A DNA stretch of 64,000 nucleotides from a virus: positions 20,236 through 84,235 of IMG/VR virus record IMGVR_UViG_3300050821_007696. One strand, given 5' to 3'. Position numbers and translations under genes: made by a program. Every line of letters starts with the position of its first letter. Position 1 is the stretch's first letter. The notes under the pieces were generated by a model. It was not told where the DNA came from. It ran no database searches and worked only from the letters and a program-made list of their open reading frames with translations. Shown here piece by piece: positions 58,171-64,000 of this stretch.

Positions 58171-58298
58171 CAGCGGCGCAGACAGACTGGGTACCGCGTG
58201 TCAAGTAGCCGCCGGCGGCGTTGTCAAGTCGGGCCTCGTGGGTTAAGTGACCGCCGGCGGTGTAGCCAAGTTAGGTTTCGCGCGGTGAATGTCCGCCG
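58171..58298 (-). repeat. Orphan TIGR-like mini-array (3 units)
   Basis: Six exact 9-nt spacers separated by alternating 9-nt loop repeats and 15-nt edge repeats matching the arrays at 62-64 kb. Confidence 0.75.
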
Positions 58299-58360
58299 TG
58301 CGTGGAACCGCCGCCCCGCGACGGCTCTGGGGAAGACGGCCGGGCCGCGGGACGGCGGAG

Positions 58361-58432
58361 AGCCTCGTCGCGGGATTGAACCGCGGACCTTCGCCTTACC
58401 ATGGCGGCGCTCTGCCACTGAGCTAACGAGGC
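58361..58432 (-). tRNA. tRNA-Thr(GGT)
   Basis: GCCTCGT/ACGAGGC acceptor stem; AT-GGT-AA loop; GGTTCAATCC T arm. Confidence 0.9.
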
Positions 58433-58718
58433 GCAACCGGGCGGGGGTGCTGCCACTGTGGGGGACGCTGCGGATAATGTCCCCGCCCGGGTCGCGGGTT
58501 ACAGAACGGGGGCGGTGTCCTGGGCGTACGGACCGGTGCCGAGGTCGAAACCGGGGTAAGCCCACCCGCTGATGACGCCCTGGTCCAGTGCCCGGTCGAA
58601 GGTCATCAGCGCCTGGCGGTGCGCGCCGCAGCCGGAGCACTGCTCCTGGTCCGCCCGGACGATGTGGGAACAGTTGCGGCAGTAGCCGTGGCCCTGCCCG
58701 GTGTGCTCGTAGCACATG

Positions 58719-59402
58719 TCAGTTTTCTCCTTCGGTTGCCGGTGCTTCTTCTCCCGACTCGCCGAGAGAACGTTCCTCCAGCGAGAGGTCGTAGCTGCCC
58801 GCCGCTGCCGCGGCCGAGGCGACCGGGGCACGGGACAGGTAGTCCGAAGACATCTTCCAGGCGTTGCGCTGCCCGGTGTTCGACGAGACCGTGTTCACCG
58901 ACAGGCCGCTGCGGGTGCCGATCCTGGCGCCCTCGTCGAAGGCCGCCTGCCCGCAGCCCATGTACAGCACCCGCCAGCCGTAAGCGTCCTGCTGGTGCTC
59001 AAGCGCCTCTTTCGCCTCGGGGCCGTCGTGCTCCACCCAGGTGTTGTGCTCGCCGTCGCTGTCGATCACCACGGTGACGTCCTCGGGCCGCTGGTCCCCG
59101 GGCAGCTCCGCGAGCTTGCGGCCCTCGGCGGCGACCGCCAGCACGACCGCGTCGTACAGGTTGGTGCCGCCGCGCGGCCGGATCTGGTAGCCGCGGACCG
59201 CTTCCGGGGTCTCGAAGGAGTGCACGCAGCGGATCTCGGTGTCGAAGTCCCACAGGCTGACCGTCACCTTGCCAGTACGGTGCGAGTCGCCTTCCGCAGC
59301 CAGGAACTCGTCGAGGCCGGCCTGCGCGCCCTCCAGGATCTTCTCCATGCTGCCCGACCGGTCCTGGATGACGACCCGGTGCCGGTAGCCCTTGCGCGTC
59401 AT
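58719..59402 (-). CDS. vWA-domain protein
   Basis: DRSGSM MIDAS motif, GGTNLYDA, SDGEHN. Confidence 0.85.
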   Translation of the reverse strand: MTRKGYRHRVVIQDRSGSMEKILEGAQAGLDEFLAAEGDSHRTGKVTVSLWDFDTEIRCVHSFETPEAVRGYQIRPRGGTNLYDAVVLAVAAEGRKLAELPGDQRPEDVTVVIDSDGEHNTWVEHDGPEAKEALEHQQDAYGWRVLYMGCGQAAFDEGARIGTRSGLSVNTVSSNTGQRNAWKMSSDYLSRAPVASAAAAAGSYDLSLEERSLGESGEEAPATEGEN

Positions 59403-59728
59403 TTCTTCTCCTTCGCCTTCTTTACCTTGCGCCCGCAGTAGGAGTAGTGCTCCTGGTTGCGCTTCCTCTTGGCGAGGCGGCGACGCGCGTCGTGCCCCAG
59501 CCCGTTACGGGAGGAGTGCATCGGCCTGTGGTGGCGCCGCTTGCGCTCCGGGTTACTGCCGTCCATTCGTGGCATTGCTTCCGGCTGACGCGCCGGCGGG
59601 CGGTGAGTGGTGAAGAAGGGTGCAGGCCCCCGCGCCAACGAGAGCCTGCCGTTCCTCTAATCCCCTAGAGAGGCGACGGGCCGGGTGCAATTGCCTCTTG
59701 GGGAGTTCTGCTCCGGCCCGTCGTGCTC

Positions 59729-59756
59729 AGCTTACCTGTGTCCTGCTGTGCGTCAA
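59729..59756 (-). promoter_or_regulatory. Candidate sigma70-type promoter TTGACG-N16-TAAGCT
   Basis: Intergenic; resembles actinobacterial housekeeping promoters. Confidence 0.4.
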
Positions 59757-59826
59757 ACGGTAATCCGTGATCATCAGTGCGGGGCGTGACTAAATTGGTG
59801 CGCGTTACGCTGTTGGCCCCCTTGCG

Positions 59827-59899
59827 CGGTGGCGACGGGACTCGGACCCGCGATCGCTTCCTCGACAGGGAAGTGCCCTGGCCGCTGGGCTACGCCACC
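59827..59899 (-). tRNA. tRNA-Asp(GTC), atypical T loop
   Basis: GGTGGCG/CGCCACC acceptor stem; CTTCC-CT-GTC-GA-GGAAG anticodon arm; T loop TCCGAGT. Confidence 0.8.
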
Positions 59900-59909
59900 A
59901 TGACCACCT

Positions 59910-60038
59910 TCAGACCGACGACTGGAACCGTCCCGGCTGCGTCTCCGGCACGGGCAGGTCCAGGGCGAGCATCCGCGCTAGTTCTTCCAGGGGCACCGCC
60001 GCCAGCTCGCCGAGGGGGATGTCCGCTGTCTCGTCCAT
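59910..60038 (-). CDS. FxSxx-COOH RiPP-precursor-like peptide (42 aa, not in the ORF track)
   Basis: MDETADIPLGELAAVPLEELARMLALDLPVPETQPGRFQSSV*; GAGAGGA RBS. Confidence 0.65.
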   Translation of the reverse strand: MDETADIPLGELAAVPLEELARMLALDLPVPETQPGRFQSSV

Positions 60039-60052
60039 GCCTGTCCTCTCTC

Positions 60053-60068
60053 AGTGCCAGCTGGCACT
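60053..60068. promoter_or_regulatory. 16-bp palindrome, copy 7
   Basis: Exact match touching the TGA of a minus-strand Cys-rich ORF. Confidence 0.75.
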
Positions 60069-60220
60069 CAGTACCGCGGCGTGCAGTTGTAATGGCACCG
60101 GTTGCCGTGCTGGTAGCAGTGCCGGTTCTTCTGCCTGTCGCAGCAGTTGCAGGTGCAGATACCCGCGCTGTCGCAGTTCACCTTCGCCGTTACCTCGTTC
60201 ACGCCTGCTCTCCCTTGCCG

Positions 60221-60294
60221 TTGCGGAGCCTGGATTTGAACCAGGGGCCTCCGGGTTATGAGCCCGGCGCGCTGCCGAACTGCGCCACCCCGCA
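60221..60294 (-). tRNA. tRNA-Met(CAT), initiator-like
   Basis: CCGGG-CT-CAT-AA-CCCGG with three G-C pairs; U1-A72 instead of C1xA72. Confidence 0.85.
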
Positions 60295-60370
60295 CCGTAT
60301 CCCTGCGGCGTCCGGGAACGCCCGCCGCAGGGCACAACATCACCTTACTCCTGTCCCGCACGAGCCGCAG

Positions 60371-60571
60371 TCAGTCTTCCACCGTGTAGGTGTCCGTTGC
60401 CTGCGGCCCGTTCGCCACGGTCACTTTCTTCGCCCCGGCCCGCAGCTGGGACAGCACCTGCTCCGCGTACTCCTCCGTCGCGCTGACTTCCAGTTCGGCC
60501 GCCAGCTCGTCCAGGGAGTACCAGGTCTCCGGGTCGTCCTCGAACCCGTTGGACGTCACCAGGATTCTCAC
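60371..60571 (-). CDS. Small acidic hypothetical protein
   Basis: GGAGG RBS; GTGA overlap with the upstream gene. Confidence 0.5.
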   Translation of the reverse strand: MRILVTSNGFEDDPETWYSLDELAAELEVSATEEYAEQVLSQLRAGAKKVTVANGPQATDTYTVED

Positions 60572-61587
60572 TCGCCGTCCTCCTTCCGGGTACCCGCGCC
60601 CGCGGCGATCTTCTCGCGCAGGGCCAGCAGCTGGGACATGTCGCCGCGTTCCATCGCCTCGCGGGCGGTGCGCAGCTGGTGGCGGGTCATCGTGCCCGCG
60701 TCCGGCGGCAGGAAGTCCGGCACGTTCGCGGCCGGGAAGTACAGCGACCCGTCGCGGCGCCGCTCGAATCCCGGGTTCACCCGCGTGTAGCCGGCCCCGG
60801 TGACATTCTTGTTCCAGGACGTGGCGTAGGCGTAGAACTCCATCAGCCGCCGGTCGGCCGGGCGCCGGTCGCGCTTGACGCCGTTCATCAGCCAGTTGCG
60901 CAGCGCCATCGCGGGATCGCCCTTGACCAGGTTCTCGCCGTGGCGGACCTTCTCCCAGAACGGGTCCACGGTGAACGTGCCGTCCTCCGCGACCGACCCG
61001 GTGCGCCACACGGCGAAGGCCGCCCAGCTCGGGTTGGCGTGCACCGCCCGGTACAGTGCCTCCCCGGCGTGAATCGACTTCATCACCGCGTCGCTGTTCA
61101 GGTGCGCGTTCTTGGCCTGCTGGGTGACCGGGTACCGGCTCGGGTTGCGGATGCCCTCGACCCCGTAGCCCTCGTACAGGGCCATGTACCGGGTCAGCAC
61201 CGACTGGCGCTTGTAGTCGGGCACCTCGCCCATGCGGAGCATGTCCGCGTAGGTGCGCTTGCGGCCGGTGTCGATGTACTCCGCCGCCTCGTCGCGCACG
61301 CCGTAGATGAACAGCATCCACGCGCTGATCCCGGTGTTGACCACCGCCTGGAACCGGTGCTGGGCGTCGTAGGACGCCGGGCTGTCCGGGTCGGCGTCCA
61401 TGAACACCGGGCTGATCTCCGGCCACCACGAGTCAGACTTCAGGTTCTCCTCCTGGAGCCCCACCTCCATCCGCGACCTGCTGCGGTTGGGGTGCATCGT
61501 CTCCAGCAGCTCTTTCGCTATCTCCGGTGTCACCAGGACTTCCTCCGTGCGGAAGCCCGGCGGGAATCCCCTGCTCTGTCGGGACAT
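60568..61587 (-). CDS. ParB/Srx-like (DGQHR-type) N-terminal domain protein
   Basis: VTPEIAKELL...NR and YDAQHRFQAV...IDTGRKRT..D motifs; GAGGAG RBS before ATG 61587. Confidence 0.6.
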   Translation of the reverse strand: MSRQSRGFPPGFRTEEVLVTPEIAKELLETMHPNRSRSRMEVGLQEENLKSDSWWPEISPVFMDADPDSPASYDAQHRFQAVVNTGISAWMLFIYGVRDEAAEYIDTGRKRTYADMLRMGEVPDYKRQSVLTRYMALYEGYGVEGIRNPSRYPVTQQAKNAHLNSDAVMKSIHAGEALYRAVHANPSWAAFAVWRTGSVAEDGTFTVDPFWEKVRHGENLVKGDPAMALRNWLMNGVKRDRRPADRRLMEFYAYATSWNKNVTGAGYTRVNPGFERRRDGSLYFPAANVPDFLPPDAGTMTRHQLRTAREAMERGDMSQLLALREKIAAGAGTRKEDGE

Positions 61588-61678
61588 GCTTTCTCCTCTT
61601 TCACTGAGAGTCACTGACAGGCATAACATGCCATGCGTAACATCTATTCCTCGTCCGGGCAGCTGCCCTCAGCAGGGC

Positions 61679-61975
61679 TCACCCGTGCTCTTTCCCGTAA
61701 TTCACGCCGTACAGGAACGCGTCGCGCGCCTCGGTTTTCTCCGGTGCGGTGTCGTCATAGCCCTCGCAGTGCGTCTCCCGCCAGTACTCCTCGAACGCTG
61801 CCTCCAGGCCGAACGGCTGCCCGTCGGCGCGCTCCAGGTTCGTGACCTTCAGGGTGTACCCGCCGGAACTCAGCCGCACGGGATTGGCGCCGGCGCGAGT
61901 CATCGCGGCTAGGGTGCCGTCCGGGTCCTCGCCGGACACCGTCACCTTCAGGTCCAGCGTCTTCGTCCTGCTCAT
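61679..61975 (-). CDS. Hypothetical protein
   Basis: AGGAGG RBS and ATG at 61975, immediately after the array. Confidence 0.6.
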   Translation of the reverse strand: MSRTKTLDLKVTVSGEDPDGTLAAMTRAGANPVRLSSGGYTLKVTNLERADGQPFGLEAAFEEYWRETHCEGYDDTAPEKTEARDAFLYGVNYGKEHG

Positions 61976-62000
61976 GCTCTTCCTCCTTTTCTCTCGTTCC

Positions 62001-62545
62001 TGTGCCCGGCGTATTCCACGTGGCTGCCGCAGGGGTGACGGCCGGGCGTTATTACCGATGGCTGCCGTAGCAGGTACGGCCCGGCGCCTGCAAGCTGGTG
62101 CTCGTTTTCGAAGTGGCCGGGCGGCGTTACACACTGGGGTCGCGCGCCATGTTTGGCCGCCCGGCGTTATTCGCTTGGTGCCCGCAGATCTTGTGGCCGG
62201 GCGTTTCCAGCTTGGCTCCCGCTGATTCAGTGGCCCGGCGTACTTACGATGGAGCTGCCGTGCTTCGATTGGCCGGGCCGGGGCGTCTGTCGCGTGGTTC
62301 CCGTTATGAGGATGTCCCCTCTGCCCTGGCGTTCCTTCCATTGAGCCCTGTCCTGAGATTGGCCGGGCCGGGGCGTCTATCGCGTGGTTCCCGCTGCTCG
62401 TATGTCCCCTCTGCCCTGGCGTCTCGCCTTCGGTTCCCGTTTCCGTTACAGCCGGGCGGGGCGTACCCGCGATGGCTCCCGTGACCTACTCGGCCCCCTG
62501 CCCCGGCGTTACCCACACTGGGCCGCGTCTCCACATTGGCCAGGG
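62001..62545 (-). repeat. TIGR-like array downstream of tas (about 13 dual-spacer units)
   Basis: Units of edge repeat (10-19 nt), 9-nt spacer, loop repeat (mostly 9 nt, CGGGAACCA-like on the minus strand) and 9-nt spacer. Confidence 0.85.
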
Positions 62546-62557
62546 CAGGGAAACCCC

Positions 62558-63463
62558 TCAGCTGTGCAGCCCGCCCCCGGTCCGGTGCCTGCCCCGGCGC
62601 CTGCCCTCCTCGCCCGCCCGGCTCGCGCCGAACACCGGCTCCTGCCCCCCGGCCGTCAGCCACAGGTCCCGCAGGATCTCCTTCGCCGTGTGCCGCAGCG
62701 CGATCGCGTGCACGTGCGAGGGCTGAAACGGGTCGCCCGCCTCGGCGTAGCCCATCTTCGCCTTCTCCCGCTCGGCCAGCTCGCCGTAGAACTGCCCCGA
62801 GGTGTCCTGCGGGCGGGTCTTGCACTTGACGTACAGCGCCCCGGAGAACCCGCCCTCGCACTTCACCGAGTGCACCTTCAGCGCGTACTTCTCCTTCACC
62901 CGGTCGTACACGTGCCGGTACCCGGTGCCGCCCTTCGCGTTCGACTTCACCTGCGCCGACGCCAGCAGGTAGCCCAGCTTCTTCGCGTCGGGGCGGCCGT
63001 TCGCCATCAGTGCCTCCGCGTCCCCCTTCACGTCCCGGTTCTTCGGGGCGCCGCGGCCGGTGTACTGCCACAGCTGGCTCAGCATCCGCGGGTGCGGCTC
63101 GTCGTCCACCAGGTGCCGGTCGCTGCCGGTCCCCTCCCAGTGCCTCGGGTACGCCATCCGCGGGTCGCCGGTGATGCCCAGCAGCCGCGCCAGGGTGTGC
63201 TCCCCGATCCCCGGGGTCTCCCGCGCCCAGCTCTGCACCGTCTCCGGCACCGTCACCCGGTAGCAGGCCAGCAGCTCCTTCTCCGTCCGCTTCTCCGCCT
63301 CGGCGTACAGGTCCGCGACCGGCCCCAGGGCCTCGGTCGCGACCGTCCCCGACCGCTCCTTGTTGTCGAACGCGATCCGCGCGGCCTGCGCGTCCGCGAA
63401 CGCCTCCGCCCACATCCGCAGCTCCGCGTACGAGCCCGGGTTGGTGCGCTTCGGTGTCCTCAT
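62558..63463 (-). CDS. tasA: TasA-like Nop/IS110-related RNA-binding protein without a nuclease domain (301 aa)
   Basis: AGGAGG RBS and ATG at 63463; N-terminal coiled coil, TPGIGEHTLARLLG, SQLWQYTG, HAIALRHTAKEILRDLW; no DEDD RuvC or HNH domain; flanked by dual-spacer arrays. Confidence 0.8.
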   Translation of the reverse strand: MRTPKRTNPGSYAELRMWAEAFADAQAARIAFDNKERSGTVATEALGPVADLYAEAEKRTEKELLACYRVTVPETVQSWARETPGIGEHTLARLLGITGDPRMAYPRHWEGTGSDRHLVDDEPHPRMLSQLWQYTGRGAPKNRDVKGDAEALMANGRPDAKKLGYLLASAQVKSNAKGGTGYRHVYDRVKEKYALKVHSVKCEGGFSGALYVKCKTRPQDTSGQFYGELAEREKAKMGYAEAGDPFQPSHVHAIALRHTAKEILRDLWLTAGGQEPVFGASRAGEEGRRRGRHRTGGGLHS

Positions 63464-63478
63464 GCTGTTCCTCCTGTT

Positions 63479-64000
63479 TGCCCGGCGGCGTAAAGCCCTT
63501 GGTTTCCGTACCTGGTACGGCCGCCTGGCGTGTTCGGTGCTGAGCCTTGTTATCCTGCTGGCCGGCGGCGCTGGCATCTTGGGTACCGCCTAGCGTGTAG
63601 CCGCCTGGCGTGCCTGTTCTGGTCCTCGTGCAACATGTGGCCGGCGGCGTTTAGTGATTGGCTTCCGTCAGTTCGCTAGCCGCCCGGCGTGTCTCATTTA
63701 GTTTCCGCTGAACCGATAGCCGGCGGCGCCTGATCCACGGTTCTCGCCCTTCCACTGGCCGCCCGGCGTTCGATGTTCGGCTGTCGCGTAAACGGTGGCC
63801 TGGCGGCGCTGATCCTCTGGCTCCCGCGTTTTCGGTTTAGCCGCCCGGCGTATTTTCTCTGGTCCGCGTCGGGACTGTGGCCGGCGGCGTCCGGATGGTG
63901 GTTTCCGTCACTATATTGGCCGCCTGGCGCTTCCCCAGCGGGGCTCGTCTCCGTTCATAGCCGGCGGCGTCGCGATAGTGGTTCCCGTCATTAGACTGGC
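63479..64000 (-). repeat. TIGR-like array upstream of tas (at least 13 units, runs off the window)
   Basis: Period about 40 nt; plus strand TGGCCGGCGGCG or TAGCCGCCYGGCG, N9, TGGTTTCCG-like, N9. Confidence 0.9.

Noticed and set aside
61976-62341. N-terminal extensions and ORFs across the arrays (61679..62341, 62558..63577, 62098..62484, 63773..63994)
   Set aside because: Strong AGGAGG RBS sites support starts at 61975 and 63463; the ORFs over the arrays are by-products of GC-rich repeats.
62558-63463. IS110 transposase / insertion sequence
   Set aside because: Lacks the N-terminal DEDD RuvC-like domain and an evident catalytic serine loop; the flanks are multi-unit arrays, not IS ends.
62001-64000. 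CRISPR array
   Set aside because: Repeats are 9-19 nt of two alternating types with 9-nt spacers, unlike CRISPR repeat and spacer sizes; there is no cas operon.
1-64000. Integrase, reverse transcriptase/DGR, capsid, terminase or host chromosomal genes
   Set aside because: No supporting motifs seen; lifestyle and prophage status cannot be determined from this window.

Overview
A 64 kb piece of a high-GC (about 70% by eye) tailed actinobacteriophage, probably a siphovirus. DUF397- and FxSxx-COOH-like genes point to a Streptomyces-like host. From left to right: (1) a sugar-modification cluster with glycosyltransferases, methyltransferases, a cupin and a MazG-like protein (1-4.1 kb); (2) head-tail, tail tube, chaperone, tape measure and Gly-rich minor tail genes, with an embedded glycosyltransferase and two tRNAs (5.7-33 kb); (3) holin-like membrane genes; (4) a short minus-strand block; (5) a plus-strand replication and accessory block with a Cas4-like nuclease, SSB-like protein, GT2 + deacetylase + GH16 cassette, SNF2 helicase, two C5 methyltransferase homologues, RuvC, Nudix and a lysin-like hydrolase; (6) an RNA-rich minus-strand island (56.9-64 kb). 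The main find is in the island: a nuclease-less IS110/Nop-domain protein flanked by two arrays of roughly 37-46-nt units with two mostly 9-nt spacers each, plus a third orphan mini-array. This looks like a TIGR-Tas (TasA-type) RNA-guided system with a CG...CCA box variant and promoter-like spacers. The island also holds a circularly permuted tRNA-like RNA (YrlA/Y-RNA architecture) and an orphan FxSxx-COOH RiPP-precursor-like peptide. A 16-bp palindrome, AGTGCCAGCTGGCACT, recurs seven times (six exact) at gene ends or intergenic junctions across the window. All protein family calls come from motif recognition by eye, not from database searches.
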